From Terriglobia bacterium (GTDB lineage: Bacteria; Acidobacteriota; Terriglobia; 20CM-2-55-15): a stretch of DNA of 64,000 nucleotides. Each line of letters starts with the position of its first letter. Position 1 is the first letter of the stretch. The notes under the pieces are model-generated. The model made no database searches and was not told the origin of the DNA. It worked only from the letters and a program-made list of their open reading frames with translations. Shown one piece after another: positions 19,633-30,070 of this stretch. The stretch spans positions 64,001 to 128,000 of the forward strand of contig CBDCLE010000009.1 in assembly GCA_965218585.1 (NCBI GenBank), in the 5' to 3' direction. The position numbers and the translations under genes were made by a program.

Positions 19633-20880
19633 GTGATGGATAAACTCTCCAACTTGAACTTCCTTGAAGAGACAGAGCAGCTTCTGGCCACGGACACCCC
19701 CTTTCCTGAGATCCTTGCCGCGATGGTCGATCGCGTCATCGACTTCACCGATGCCGATCGCGGGATGCTGCTGGAAACCTATTCACCGGAAGAACTCAAG
19801 GCGCGCTTCGCTCGCGACCGGAATGGTTTCCTGGGCCTCGATGCCGTTTCTCCCGATGAAGACGTAATCGAGAAGGCGCGATCGACAGAAACCGTTGTTG
19901 TCGTGGAAGCCACTGCCGGCTCCGGTCAGCTCTCCGTCATGGCTCTTCCACTTTTGTCTGAAACGGATCCGGAGTTCCTGGATTTTTATCTGAACCTCGA
20001 AGGCGGCACGCTGCTCGGAGTTCTGTATCTGGACAGTCAGAAGTCGGATGCTTTCGAGAAACTGACAGCTTCGGCCCGGGAGGCGCTGGGGAACGAAGCG
20101 GCCCGTGTTGTGGGCGCTGTGTGGCGGGCCCAGCGGGAGCGTGGTCAACGCGAACTGTACAGGGCCGTACAGATTGCGCGACAGATCCAGCGCCGTCTGC
20201 TCCCCGAGAGCCTGAGCAACTACGGTTTTCTTGAAGCGTCCGGAATCAACGAACCTTGTCGTCCAATAGGGGGTGACTACTTCGATCTGGTCGAAATGGA
20301 ACCGGGCCGCCTCGCTTTCATCATTGCCGACGTGACTGGCAAAGGCCTGGCCGCAGCTCTTCTCGCCTCCATGATTCAGGGGGGCTTTTTCGGGATCACT
20401 CTGACGTCTGATCCAGCGAGCCACGTAGGACGGTTCAACGACTATGTCTGGAAACGATCCGATCCTCAGCACTATGCAACGGCCCTCATCGGTGTCATCG
20501 ACAGGAGTGGGAATGCGAAAGTCATCAACGCGGGACACCGGTCGGCTCTTTTGGTCCGGGGCGATACGATAGAGTCTCCATTCGATTCCGGATCTTTTCC
20601 GATCGGGTTGTTCGAGGAGTCTGTTTTCTCTCCCAGTTCCGTCAAACTCGAGCCGGGAGACTACCTCGTGATGTTTACCGACGGAATTGAAGAGGCCGAG
20701 AACAGGGAAGGTGAGCCGTTCGGCATGGATCGACTTTCGGAGGTAGTGTCAGCGAACCGGGGCTCCTCGCCCGAGGCTATGCAGCGCTCCATCCTGGATG
20801 CCGTAGCAGCCTTTTCGCTGGGAACCCTGCAAGAGGACGATATAACGTTGCTCATCATGAGGTACACGGGAGAGGTCTAG
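19633..20880 (+). CDS. GAF + PP2C (SpoIIE/RsbU-like) phosphatase
   Basis: GVLYLDS, IGGDYFD, ADVTGKG, NAGH, FTDGI, DDITL. Confidence 0.9.
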   Translation: MMDKLSNLNFLEETEQLLATDTPFPEILAAMVDRVIDFTDADRGMLLETYSPEELKARFARDRNGFLGLDAVSPDEDVIEKARSTETVVVVEATAGSGQLSVMALPLLSETDPEFLDFYLNLEGGTLLGVLYLDSQKSDAFEKLTASAREALGNEAARVVGAVWRAQRERGQRELYRAVQIARQIQRRLLPESLSNYGFLEASGINEPCRPIGGDYFDLVEMEPGRLAFIIADVTGKGLAAALLASMIQGGFFGITLTSDPASHVGRFNDYVWKRSDPQHYATALIGVIDRSGNAKVINAGHRSALLVRGDTIESPFDSGSFPIGLFEESVFSPSSVKLEPGDYLVMFTDGIEEAENREGEPFGMDRLSEVVSANRGSSPEAMQRSILDAVAAFSLGTLQEDDITLLIMRYTGEV

Positions 20881-20899
20881 CACTACCTGCGCAGTCACG

Positions 20900-21420
20900 A
20901 TGCCCACCGACGAGCTCAAGCAAGCTGCCGCCGATTGGATCGAATGCCTGAACCTTCAACCCCATCCTGAGGGCGGCCACTATCGCGAATCCTACCGGAG
21001 TGCTCTCGAGGTCGACGCCTCGAAGCTCGGCCCGGGATTTTCCAGATCGAGATCCGTATCGACCGCAATCTATTACCTCCTTGAAGGTTCTGATTTTTCA
21101 GCGTTCCATCGCATCCGGTCCGATGAGATGTGGCACCATTATGCGGGTGCGGCGGTGACGATCCATATGATCGATCCGGAGGGCGAATATGCTTCCCGCA
21201 GGTTGGCCTCCGAACTCGAAGATGGCCCGAATCCCCAATGATCGTACTAGCCGGGACCTGGTTTGCTGCTGCACCTGAAGATCGATCAGGCTATTCACTG
21301 GTTGGATGCAGTGTGGCTCTGGGTTTTGATTTCGAGGATTTCGAACTTGCGCGGCCCGAAGAACTGGTCAGCCGGTTTCAGGCGCACCGAAAAATTATTG
21401 AGACATTCACGCGAGCATAG
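20900..21420 (+). pseudogene. Cupin DUF985 family protein with a 1-nt frameshift at about 21239
   Basis: LQPHPEGGHYRE, TAIYYLL, SDEMWHHY; continues in another frame as AGTWFAA...GFDFEDFEL. Confidence 0.8.
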
Positions 21421-21876
21421 ATGAAAGGACGAAATCTCATGTCGGGTTCCATATTTTTGATCTTGATGCCGATCGCTGTCGGTATTTCCATCGTCTTGCA
21501 GGCGGTTTTCATGGCTCAGATGGATAGACGGATGGGGACACTGGAGAGTGTGTTCATTACTTACGGTGTGGGGTTCCTGCTCATTGGCCTTGTTATCCTG
21601 TCACGGCGGGGTGGTGGCCTTACGGATGCAGTCGGTCTGCCGTGGTACGTGTTCACTGCCGGCTTTTTTGGCCTGTTGATCATCGGTGGCATCTCCTTTT
21701 CCGCAGCGCGCGTCGGACTGGTGTCGACGTTTGTGATCGTCGTAGCTACGCAGTTTGTCTGCAGCTCGCTGTTCGATCACTTCGGTCTCTTCGGTCAGAC
21801 CGTCCGTGTTCTGGATTTTGCCCGTGTCTCAGGCATCGGGATGTTGTGGGGCGGTGTCTGGCTTATTCTCCGTTAA
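21421..21876 (+). CDS. DMT family (DUF606/YdcZ-like) transporter
   Basis: About 5 TM segments, PWYVFTAG, FDHFGLFG. Confidence 0.8.
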   Translation: MKGRNLMSGSIFLILMPIAVGISIVLQAVFMAQMDRRMGTLESVFITYGVGFLLIGLVILSRRGGGLTDAVGLPWYVFTAGFFGLLIIGGISFSAARVGLVSTFVIVVATQFVCSSLFDHFGLFGQTVRVLDFARVSGIGMLWGGVWLILR

Positions 21877-21888
21877 ACTGCACTTCCC

Positions 21889-23196
21889 ATGAGCACGAAC
21901 GTCGGACCGGCAGGTGTGGATGTAGAGGGTTCGGAATCCAGCATCCGGATCTTTCTCAGAAGCTTCGGGCCTGGTTTGCTCTGGGCAGGAAGCGCCATCG
22001 GTGTGTCTCATCTCGTGCAGTCGACCCGAGCGGGAGCTGATGCCGGCTTTGCGATGGCCGGAGTCATCCTGTTTGCGTTGATCCTGAAATATCCCTTCTT
22101 CGAATTCGGTCCCCGCTACGCCGCTGCGACCGGTGAGAGCCTCGTCGAAGGTTATCAGCGAATCGGATCCTGGGCGGTCTGGCTGTATTTTGCAGTCGTG
22201 CTGTTAACGGTGGTCATCACTCACGCCGCCATCGCTCTCTTTACTGCGTACCTGGTGTTGTATGCCCTGGGTTCGGACGCTTCGGTGACGCTTGTTGCCG
22301 CTATCCTTTACGGCGGTTGCATCGCCCTGTTGTGGTTCGGTCGTTTTAAGGCCTTAGATCTTGCTATCAAGCTCGTGCTCTTGTCGTTGGCCGTATCAAC
22401 TCTGATAGCCGCATTCGTCGTGATTCCGCGAGCGGACTTTACAACAGCGAGTTTCATGCCGGTGCCACCAGCGGCGAGCGCTGTGCCGTTGGCTTTTGTC
22501 CTCGCCCTAGCGGGTTGGATGCCTACTGACATTGCGATCTCGGTCTACAGTTCGCTCTGGACGCTGGCCAAGAATAAATCCAGCGGCGTTCGCGCCAGCG
22601 TCGGGACAGTGCGACTGGATTTCATGATCGCGTACGTGGGGACCGGTATTCTCGCCTTCGCGTTTCTCATGCTCGGAGCCACCGTCATGTACCGCTCCGG
22701 GGAAGCTTTTAGCGATGCGGGGACAGTGTTTTCAACCCAGCTGATCGATCTCTATGTCCGTACTCTGGGAGGCTGGACGCAGCCGATCATCGTTGTTACG
22801 GCGATCACTGCGATGTTTTCAACGATGCTCACGGTAATTGACGGATACCCGCGCGTGATCGATAGAATCATCCAGGTCATTCGGGAGAAGAATCCGGATG
22901 TCACTCGGAATCGGGGAGTTTCACCCGCTTACTGGATATCCATGTTTGTCGTCGGGACGCTGACGGTGATGGTGGTGTATTTCTTTGTAGGTAATCTGAC
23001 CCAGATGGTGGACTTCGTTACGATCGTTGCCTTCCTGACGGGTCCGGTCCTTGGCTTCCTGAACTTGAAAGTAATCACGTCTGGGGCAGTACCTCCCGAG
23101 TATCGTCCGGGCCCGGCGATGCTGTTCTATTCCTATGCCGGTCTCATCGGACTGGGCACTCTCGCCACTGTCTTTCTGATCAGCCTGATCTCCTGA
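21889..23196 (+). CDS. NRAMP-related divalent cation transporter
   Basis: GPGLLWAGSAIGVSHLVQSTRAGA, GESLVEGY, AMFST. Confidence 0.85.
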   Translation: MSTNVGPAGVDVEGSESSIRIFLRSFGPGLLWAGSAIGVSHLVQSTRAGADAGFAMAGVILFALILKYPFFEFGPRYAAATGESLVEGYQRIGSWAVWLYFAVVLLTVVITHAAIALFTAYLVLYALGSDASVTLVAAILYGGCIALLWFGRFKALDLAIKLVLLSLAVSTLIAAFVVIPRADFTTASFMPVPPAASAVPLAFVLALAGWMPTDIAISVYSSLWTLAKNKSSGVRASVGTVRLDFMIAYVGTGILAFAFLMLGATVMYRSGEAFSDAGTVFSTQLIDLYVRTLGGWTQPIIVVTAITAMFSTMLTVIDGYPRVIDRIIQVIREKNPDVTRNRGVSPAYWISMFVVGTLTVMVVYFFVGNLTQMVDFVTIVAFLTGPVLGFLNLKVITSGAVPPEYRPGPAMLFYSYAGLIGLGTLATVFLISLIS

Positions 23197-23242
23197 CCCT
23201 AACTCCTGAAAAACAAGGGCTTTTGGACCTGATCTGTCCGTC

Positions 23243-23632
23243 GTGGGCTGGATCCTTTACGGAGTTGTCGCGGTCTTTCAAGCGCCCGTCGGCCCGTGGG
23301 CACCTGTTCCGGTGTTCAGCGAGGCTGCGTGCACGTCGGGATGCACTTCCCAACAGATGGTTTGTTTCGAGGTGAATTCCGGCCGTGCGGAGTTCGGAGG
23401 AAACACGAAAGTACTGGATTTCGAGTTGGACTATCCCGGGTCTCTGGAATGGGGCGGATCTCGCCCGACCGTTGACCTGACCCGCTGCACTCGTTGTGGT
23501 CAACCCTGGGGTTTCGAACTCATCGAACGCGTCGAGATGTGGAATTGCGATTACTGCGGATACGAGGCCCGTGAGAAATCATCCGATTACTGGCGGATGC
23601 TCGTTGCCGAGCAGGAAGCCTTAATCAGTTAG
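23243..23632 (+). CDS. Hypothetical zinc-ribbon protein; start uncertain
   Basis: CTRCG...CDYCG. Confidence 0.4.
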   Translation: MGWILYGVVAVFQAPVGPWAPVPVFSEAACTSGCTSQQMVCFEVNSGRAEFGGNTKVLDFELDYPGSLEWGGSRPTVDLTRCTRCGQPWGFELIERVEMWNCDYCGYEAREKSSDYWRMLVAEQEALIS

Positions 23633-23683
23633 GGCGTCCATTAAGACGTCGGGCGTCTTGAATCGACCCCGGCTCTGTTGTCC

Positions 23684-24322
23684 CTAAGACGGCTTGGACC
23701 GTCGTTGCTTGAGGTGTTTTCGCTGGGCCGTACTGAGATCGGGAACGCTGAGGACCCTTTCAAGGAGCTCTGTATTCCCGGGTTCGAGCTCCAGTCGATT
23801 GACGTCCGCAATGGAGATCCCGTGCGAGGATTTCCAGAGGCGCCTGATCGCATCGCCCACGCCGAGATCACCTTCCTGAACCACTGAAAAGTAGAAGCCG
23901 GACCGGCCGCTTTCGCGGAAGAGCTTGATGATGTCCCCCCGCTCGAGTTTCACGGCCAGTTTGTAACAGGGCAGGCGGGGCTGGGTCACTTTGAGAATGA
24001 CGCTGCCCACTTGGTATCTATCCCCGATACACACGTCGCTTTCCAATAGGCCTCGAGTGGTCAGGTTCTCGCCAAACGCAGCCCAATCGAGTTTGACCCG
24101 AAGGCGCTCTTCCCAGAACGGGTAGTGTTCCGATGGGTACGCGTAAACCGCCTTTTCCGGACCCCCATGGACAGAGAGATCGGCCTGAGCGTCGCCTTCG
24201 AGATTGTTATCCCGGACTGGTATTCGCCCCGAGACGGGCTTCTTGAAAATCCCCGTGGTAAAGGTGCGATCGCTGTGGGTGACCACTTGGGGAAGGGCTA
24301 CATTGACTGAGATAAGTTTCAT
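23684..24322 (-). CDS. MOSC domain protein (YiiM-like)
   Basis: GDAQADLSVHGGPEKAVY, FGENLT, TQPRLPCYK. Confidence 0.9.
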   Translation of the reverse strand: MKLISVNVALPQVVTHSDRTFTTGIFKKPVSGRIPVRDNNLEGDAQADLSVHGGPEKAVYAYPSEHYPFWEERLRVKLDWAAFGENLTTRGLLESDVCIGDRYQVGSVILKVTQPRLPCYKLAVKLERGDIIKLFRESGRSGFYFSVVQEGDLGVGDAIRRLWKSSHGISIADVNRLELEPGNTELLERVLSVPDLSTAQRKHLKQRRSKPS

Positions 24323-24403
24323 ACGACTTCTGTGAAGACGTCGTTAACTTTAGCAGAAGGTGGAGGGGTGGTTTGAAGGTTGGAGGCTTTTGGCTCCAAA
24401 GGG

Positions 24404-24461
24404 ATTTCGCTCGGTCGTTCATTCGGTCATCCTGACCGAACGAGGGGCGACCCCCGCAATC
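24404..24461. repeat. CATCCTG-loop hairpin repeat (other copies at 46207-46280 and 50295-50369)
   Basis: ATTTCGCTCGGTCGTTCATTCGGTCATCCTGACCGAACGAGGGGCGA. Confidence 0.75.
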
Positions 24462-24675
24462 ATCACTCCTGTGCATGCCGAAACGTAGAAACAAGTCCCT
24501 GGAGGACCCGCACCGGTCCCCCGGTGGCGGGTGGACAACGAGGCTTGCCGAGGCGTCAGTGTCAGAAAATGATTGAGGTTGGATGTCGTGATTCAAGAGA
24601 CCGGGCCACCGACACCGTTTACGTCTTGCCCTTCGAGGGGTCCCCAAAGCTCAATGAAGGGCTGTCTTATAGCTC

Positions 24676-26499
24676 GTGGGGAAACAGGGTCTTGTCCCGA
24701 TTTATTGGGGATTCCTTCCTAAGTTCGTGAAATACATGCCGATTTCCAAGGTGATCAAAAAAATTGATGGCTGGTGGAAGGCGCAGGCTTCGCTTCGGGT
24801 CCAGATGCGAAAGCTGGCGATCCAGATTCGGCATCGCGAAGACCAGCTGTTCATGTTTCTGACGCTGGTGATCGGCGCTGTAGTCGGACTGACGATCGTC
24901 GCGTTCATTCTGCTTACCGAGAACCTGGGTTCCCGGATGTATCCCGTTGGCACGGAACTGCAGTTCAGAAGGCTTCTGATTCCAGTTATCGGATCGTTGG
25001 TCACCGGCTTTCTCTTATATCGATTTTTTCCCGATGCCCGGGGCAGCGGTATTCCACAGACCAAAGTCGCTCTCGCCGTCCATGGAGGGCGGATCACGCT
25101 GCGATCCGTGCTCGGGAAGTTCTGGCTCTCGGCAGGTTCTCTGGCAAGTGGAGTGGCGCTTGGTCGCGAAGGACCCTCCGTTATGGTCGGATCGGGTATC
25201 GCGTCGGTGATGGGGCGCGCCCTGGGTCTCAAGCGCGACAAGATTGAAGCTCTGGTGCCAGTGGGCGCGTCGGCAGCTCTGGCCGCGGCGTTCAACACTC
25301 CGATTGCCGCTGTGCTTTTTTCCCTGGAAGAGGTCATGGGAAACCTCCACGCGCCGCTCCTGGGTTCGGTTGTGTTGAGTTCGGCCACAGCCTGGATTGT
25401 TCTGAACCTGATGTTGGGCGCCGAGGCTCTGTTCAGTGTGCCCGACTATGAGCTGGTGCACTTTTCAGAACTGGGTTTTTACGCGATCCTCGGAGTGGCT
25501 GGCGGCTTCGTGTCGATTCTGTTTGTTCGGATGCTGCTCAGGATCCGTCAGCGGTTCATCGACATGCCCGAACGGACGCGATGGGTTCAGCCTGTCGCAG
25601 GCGGGCTGACCGTAGGCGTGCTTGGATTCTTTGTGCCGCAGGTTCTGGGTGTCGGTTATGGCCAGGTCGGGGAGGCGCTGAACGGAACCATGACGATATG
25701 GTTCATGGCCTTGCTTCTGGTGCTCAAGCTGATCGCGACGGCTACCTGTTACGGTTCCGGAAACGCGGGCGGGATTTTCGGTCCCAGCCTGTTCATTGGG
25801 GCGATGCTTGGAGGCACGGTCGGAAGCGCGGCCAACTTCCTGTTGCCCGACTTTACGGGCAGTCCGGGGGCGTACGCTCTGGTCGGGATGGGTACCGCAT
25901 TTGCAGGCATTATTCGCGTGCCGTTTACCTCGGTGATCATGATCTTTGAGATGACCCGCGACTACTCGATCATCGTGCCCCTCATGCTTTCGAACATGAT
26001 CAGCTATTTCATCGCACGCCGCTATCAACGAAAGCCGATCTATGAAGCGCTTGCCGAACAGGACGGGATACATCTGCCTGCAGCGGCTATACAACACCGG
26101 CAGGGACGTCTGCGTGTCCGGCGGGCCATGCGCGTACCCAACGTCGTTCTCGATGCCGATATGGCGTTAGACGACGCCCGGGTGCGGGTTCGCAATAGTT
26201 CCTGGGATGCCTGGCCGGTGGTGGACAAGAGGGGACTGGTGGGAATGGTAACTTCCGACCAGCTCCGAAACGCAACGGGAGAGAGGTTGGTTGAGGCGGC
26301 TCACGTGAAGGCAGGAGCTCATCTCCATGACGACCATGTTTTAGACCTTGCCCTCGAGCGTATGGGCGAGGCCGGTGTCAATGTGCTTCCGGTTGTGAGT
26401 CGGCTGGATGCCCGGCGACTGGAGGGCATCGTAGGTCTTCCGGACGTCATGAGGGTCTATGGGTTCAGCCAGTCCGGCAACGATTTCGACGACCCGTAG
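24676..26499 (+). CDS. CLC chloride channel/antiporter with CBS domains; start probably downstream of 24676
   Basis: GSGIP, GREGP, GIFGP, C-terminal CBS pair. Confidence 0.92.
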   Translation: MGKQGLVPIYWGFLPKFVKYMPISKVIKKIDGWWKAQASLRVQMRKLAIQIRHREDQLFMFLTLVIGAVVGLTIVAFILLTENLGSRMYPVGTELQFRRLLIPVIGSLVTGFLLYRFFPDARGSGIPQTKVALAVHGGRITLRSVLGKFWLSAGSLASGVALGREGPSVMVGSGIASVMGRALGLKRDKIEALVPVGASAALAAAFNTPIAAVLFSLEEVMGNLHAPLLGSVVLSSATAWIVLNLMLGAEALFSVPDYELVHFSELGFYAILGVAGGFVSILFVRMLLRIRQRFIDMPERTRWVQPVAGGLTVGVLGFFVPQVLGVGYGQVGEALNGTMTIWFMALLLVLKLIATATCYGSGNAGGIFGPSLFIGAMLGGTVGSAANFLLPDFTGSPGAYALVGMGTAFAGIIRVPFTSVIMIFEMTRDYSIIVPLMLSNMISYFIARRYQRKPIYEALAEQDGIHLPAAAIQHRQGRLRVRRAMRVPNVVLDADMALDDARVRVRNSSWDAWPVVDKRGLVGMVTSDQLRNATGERLVEAAHVKAGAHLHDDHVLDLALERMGEAGVNVLPVVSRLDARRLEGIVGLPDVMRVYGFSQSGNDFDDP

Positions 26500-26525
26500 C
26501 CTCCTTTTCAGAACGAATAGGAAAA

Positions 26526-26552
26526 ACGCAGAGGCGCAGAGACGCAGAGAAT
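26526..26552. repeat. CGCAGAG-type REP-like repeat (also 29127-29192)
   Basis: ACGCAGAGGCGCAGAGACGCAGAG; the copy at 29127 has inverted CTCTGCG units. Confidence 0.65.
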
Positions 26553-26662
26553 CTTATTTCTCCCATCTGCGACCACTTTGCGTTGGTTCTTCATGACCCC
26601 GGCCTTGATCGTGGGCCGGTGGTTCGTGTTCCGGACTCTTGCCACATGTTACGATTGCGATC

Positions 26663-28390
26663 ATGGCAGCAGGGTTGAAACTGAGGCTGGCGATGGCGCA
26701 GATCGACTCTGTTGTGGGCGATCTGGAAGGGAATGCGGCCAAGATCGTCGACTGGATCGGAAAGGCCCGGGATCTTGAAGCGGACCTGGTGACTTTTCCA
26801 GAACTCGCCCTGACCGGTTACCCACCCGAAGACCTTCTTCTTAAACCCCGTTTCATAGAACGTAACCTTGAGATTCTCGATGAGGTGGCCGCCCAGGTCA
26901 AAGACATTACCGCCATCGTGGGATTCGTCGACCGTCGGGACGATATCTACAACGCGGCGGCGATCCTCAGGGATGGTCAGAGTGCGGGCGTTTACCACAA
27001 GATTTATCTGCCCAATTACGGCGTGTTTGATGAGTTCCGCTACTTTCAGGTCGGTAAGCTATCGACGTTGATTGAAATCGGAAAGGTGCGCGGCGGTCTC
27101 AGCATCTGTGAAGACATCTGGTATCCGGACGGCCCTGTGGCTGAGCAGGCGATGGGCCGAGGCGCCGAAATACTCATCAACATTTCCTCGTCTCCCTATC
27201 ATGCCGGCAAGCGGCACTGGCGGGAGCGCATGCTTTCGACACGGGCCACGGACAATACGGCCATCGTGGCTTACAACAATATGGTGGGCGGGCAGGACGA
27301 ACTCGTTTTTGACGGCGATAGTCTCGTGTTCGATGAAAACGGCGTCATTCTGGCCCGTGGCCGTCAGTTCGAAGAAGAGTTGATCGTGGTCGATCTGGAT
27401 CTGGATGCTGTCTTTCGCCGACGTCTTCGAGATCCACGGCACCGGCAGGGCGGGGATTCCCGGAGTGGACCAGTGGTTTCTGTGGCCGCTCCCAGCGCTG
27501 ATAAGAAACCCCTACCCGAACAAGAAATTCCAGAACCTCTCGAAGACGATGCCGAGGTGTATCGGGCGCTTGTTGTCGGGACGCGCGATTACGTTTGCAA
27601 AAACAAGTTCTCGAAGGTCGTTATAGGCCTCAGTGGAGGCATCGACTCCGCTCTCACAGCGACCGTAGCCGTTGACGCGCTGGGAAGCGAGAACGTTGTC
27701 GGCGTGATCATGCCCTCACGGTTTTCTTCCGAAGGCAGCGTTGAGGATTCGAAAGCGCTCGGAAAAAATCTGGATATCGAACTGATCAAGATTCCTATTT
27801 CACAAGTAATGGAAGCGTATGCGTCCGTTCTGGAGCCGTCGTTCAAAGACCGCGGGCCCGACGTTGCGGAGGAGAACCTGCAGGCGCGGATTCGTGGAAA
27901 TCTCGTGATGGCCCTGTCGAACAAGTTTGGATGGCTGGTGCTGAGTACGGGCAACAAGAGTGAGGTCAGCGTGGGTTACTGCACGCTCTACGGTGACATG
28001 GCGGGCGGCTTTGCTGTTCTGAAGGATGTCCCAAAGACGACTGTCTTCAGCCTCTCCGAGTACTGTAATCGGGCGGCGGGATCGGAACGCATACCTCGTG
28101 CCATCATCGACAAGCCGCCGTCGGCTGAACTGAGGCCGGACCAGAAGGACACCGACTCGCTGCCGCCTTATGAGGAATTGGATCCCATCCTCCAGGCGTA
28201 CGTCGAAAATGACCACAGCGTTCGGGAAATGATCGATATGGGATTCGACCCCGATACAGTCCGCCGCGTTGTGGGTCTGGTGGATTTCAGTGAATACAAG
28301 CGCCGTCAGGCCGCGCCCGGCGTGAAAATCACACCGCGCGCTTTTGGCCGGGATCGGCGGATGCCGATCACGAACCGGTTTGGTCACTAG
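26663..28390 (+). CDS. nadE: Glutamine-dependent NAD+ synthetase
   Basis: FPELALTGYPPED, ICEDIW, GLSGGIDS, ENLQARIRG, PSAELRPDQ. Confidence 0.95.
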   Translation: MAAGLKLRLAMAQIDSVVGDLEGNAAKIVDWIGKARDLEADLVTFPELALTGYPPEDLLLKPRFIERNLEILDEVAAQVKDITAIVGFVDRRDDIYNAAAILRDGQSAGVYHKIYLPNYGVFDEFRYFQVGKLSTLIEIGKVRGGLSICEDIWYPDGPVAEQAMGRGAEILINISSSPYHAGKRHWRERMLSTRATDNTAIVAYNNMVGGQDELVFDGDSLVFDENGVILARGRQFEEELIVVDLDLDAVFRRRLRDPRHRQGGDSRSGPVVSVAAPSADKKPLPEQEIPEPLEDDAEVYRALVVGTRDYVCKNKFSKVVIGLSGGIDSALTATVAVDALGSENVVGVIMPSRFSSEGSVEDSKALGKNLDIELIKIPISQVMEAYASVLEPSFKDRGPDVAEENLQARIRGNLVMALSNKFGWLVLSTGNKSEVSVGYCTLYGDMAGGFAVLKDVPKTTVFSLSEYCNRAAGSERIPRAIIDKPPSAELRPDQKDTDSLPPYEELDPILQAYVENDHSVREMIDMGFDPDTVRRVVGLVDFSEYKRRQAAPGVKITPRAFGRDRRMPITNRFGH

Positions 28391-28427
28391 CAGAAGGATT
28401 TAACGAAGCTCAGAACGAGGAATCGAA

Positions 28428-29093
28428 ATGCATCGTCCTTTTGCCATTCTCGAAGAGTGGGTCAAAGAGGGACGGATCCGTCTGGCCCGTAATCCCAAAA
28501 ACACGCCGAAACCTCGGAACCCGCCACCCGCCATCGGTCCGACCCTCGAGGACAACTCGTCACACCAGTCGGATGCTGAGGCATTCGAAGCTGCGATGCG
28601 CGACGTGCATCGGTTCGATAGGAATCAGGGACCCCTGCGCGAGACTGAACCCGTAGCGATTCGTCCGAGCCGGGATGAAGAAGAAGCCTTGAAGGCTTTG
28701 GAAGAATTCTGCAGGAGCGGTCGCCTCGAGCCCGAGCACACGCGCGAATACGTAGAGCATGTCGCAAACCCGGCAGGGCGCGTCTACCTGGACGACCTGC
28801 GTGCGGGCCGATTTTCGATACAGGCCCATCTGGATCTCCACGGCCTCAACCTGGATCAGGCCCGTCCAGCGTTAGATACGTTCATAGAGGCTTCGGTCCG
28901 CGCCGGTTACAGCTCGGTCCGTGTCGTCCACGGGCGGGGACGCCATTCTGAAGGGCAGAATCCGTTGATGAAGAAACGGGTTCAGCAGTGGCTCAGCCAC
29001 CGCAGGCTGGCACGTTTTGTCATCGCCTATACTTCTGCGCGACTCGTCGATGGAGGTGGAGGCGCCGTCTATGTTCTGTTGAGACGGGCCTGA
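28428..29093 (+). CDS. Smr domain protein
   Basis: LDLHG, VVHGRG, DGGGGAVYVLL. Confidence 0.9.
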   Translation: MHRPFAILEEWVKEGRIRLARNPKNTPKPRNPPPAIGPTLEDNSSHQSDAEAFEAAMRDVHRFDRNQGPLRETEPVAIRPSRDEEEALKALEEFCRSGRLEPEHTREYVEHVANPAGRVYLDDLRAGRFSIQAHLDLHGLNLDQARPALDTFIEASVRAGYSSVRVVHGRGRHSEGQNPLMKKRVQQWLSHRRLARFVIAYTSARLVDGGGGAVYVLLRRA

Positions 29094-29221
29094 CCTGGAA
29101 GCAAATCGGCTCGTCAGATTCGTTTAACGCAGAGACGCAGAGAAATCTTATCTTTTCCTCCTGCGTCCTCTGCGAACCCAGCGCCTCTGCGCTGACTGTC
29201 CTCAAGTCTTTAGCCGCCGGT

Positions 29222-29842
29222 CTAGACTCGGAAGACGCCGATGACCTTCCCGACGATTCCGAACCGGGTTGCTTCCGATTCCTGAATCCGAATCGGTTCA
29301 TACGCCGGATTTTCAGGCCGAAGTTCCACCGAATTCTTTTTCCGGTAGAAACGTTTGACCGTGGCTTCGTCTTCGATCAAGGCGACGACGATCTCACCGT
29401 TCGAAGCGGTTTTTGCTGGGCGGACCATGACGTAATCCCCATCGAGGATGTGGGCGTCCTGCATGCTGTCGCCTTCGATTTTTAGCAGGAAGGCACCTTC
29501 CGGTGCCCAGCCGTCGGGGAGGCGCACGACGTCCTCGATGTTCTCTTCGGCGAGTATAGGAGCGCCCGCCGCGACCCTTCCGACGATCGGAATCTCATTC
29601 GGCGTGGGATGCGCCCTTTCGGTTGATTGTGGTTTGACCACAACAAGTGACCGGGACCGTTTGGGCTGACGGAGGAGACGGCCCTTTCTCTCGAGTGCCT
29701 TGATGTGGTCGTGGACCGTGGCGGGATTCAAACTGAATCGATCGCCGATGTCCCGCACCGACGGGGGAAACCCGTTTCGCTCGGTGTGGTCCTCGATGAA
29801 GCTGAGAACCTCGGCTTGCCTCTCAGTTAATTCTTTCACCAA
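29222..29842 (-). CDS. lexA: SOS repressor LexA
   Basis: LTERQ, PPSVRDI, VAAGAP (A-G cleavage site), GDSM, ATVKR. Confidence 0.95.
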   Translation of the reverse strand: MVKELTERQAEVLSFIEDHTERNGFPPSVRDIGDRFSLNPATVHDHIKALERKGRLLRQPKRSRSLVVVKPQSTERAHPTPNEIPIVGRVAAGAPILAEENIEDVVRLPDGWAPEGAFLLKIEGDSMQDAHILDGDYVMVRPAKTASNGEIVVALIEDEATVKRFYRKKNSVELRPENPAYEPIRIQESEATRFGIVGKVIGVFRV

Positions 29843-29962
29843 ACATATGTTGGTATAAGAGCTATCTCCGAGTCAAGCTTTAGAACGCCGTTCTACTACA
29901 ATCGCGATCGCGTACTACCCAAAAGATTGAAAGAGGTTTCTTGGCCTGGTACAGGCCACTAG

Positions 29963-30070
29963 GAGTCTGCGCGGCAGAACGATTTTGGGTCATTGTGACC
30001 ACAGCATAGTGTGTGTGCGCAGCACTTAGCATCGACATGGAGTACCGAGTTTCTTCTGCCGCGCAGACTC
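29963..30070. mobile_element. MITE (108 bp) sharing TIRs with the IS1182 at 9761
   Basis: GAGTCTGCGCGGCAGAA...TTCTGCCGCGCAGACTC, with CTAG on both sides. Confidence 0.9.

Noticed and set aside
17951-21241. Phase variation or programmed frameshifts in the MBL and cupin genes
   Set aside because: Similar 1-nt deletions occur in the integrase remnant and at the IS5 orfB end, mostly in short runs. Assembly error or decay is simpler; reads are needed to decide.
24330-24700. Fluoride or Moco riboswitch upstream of the CLC/MOSC genes
   Set aside because: I could not find the conserved cores of either motif.
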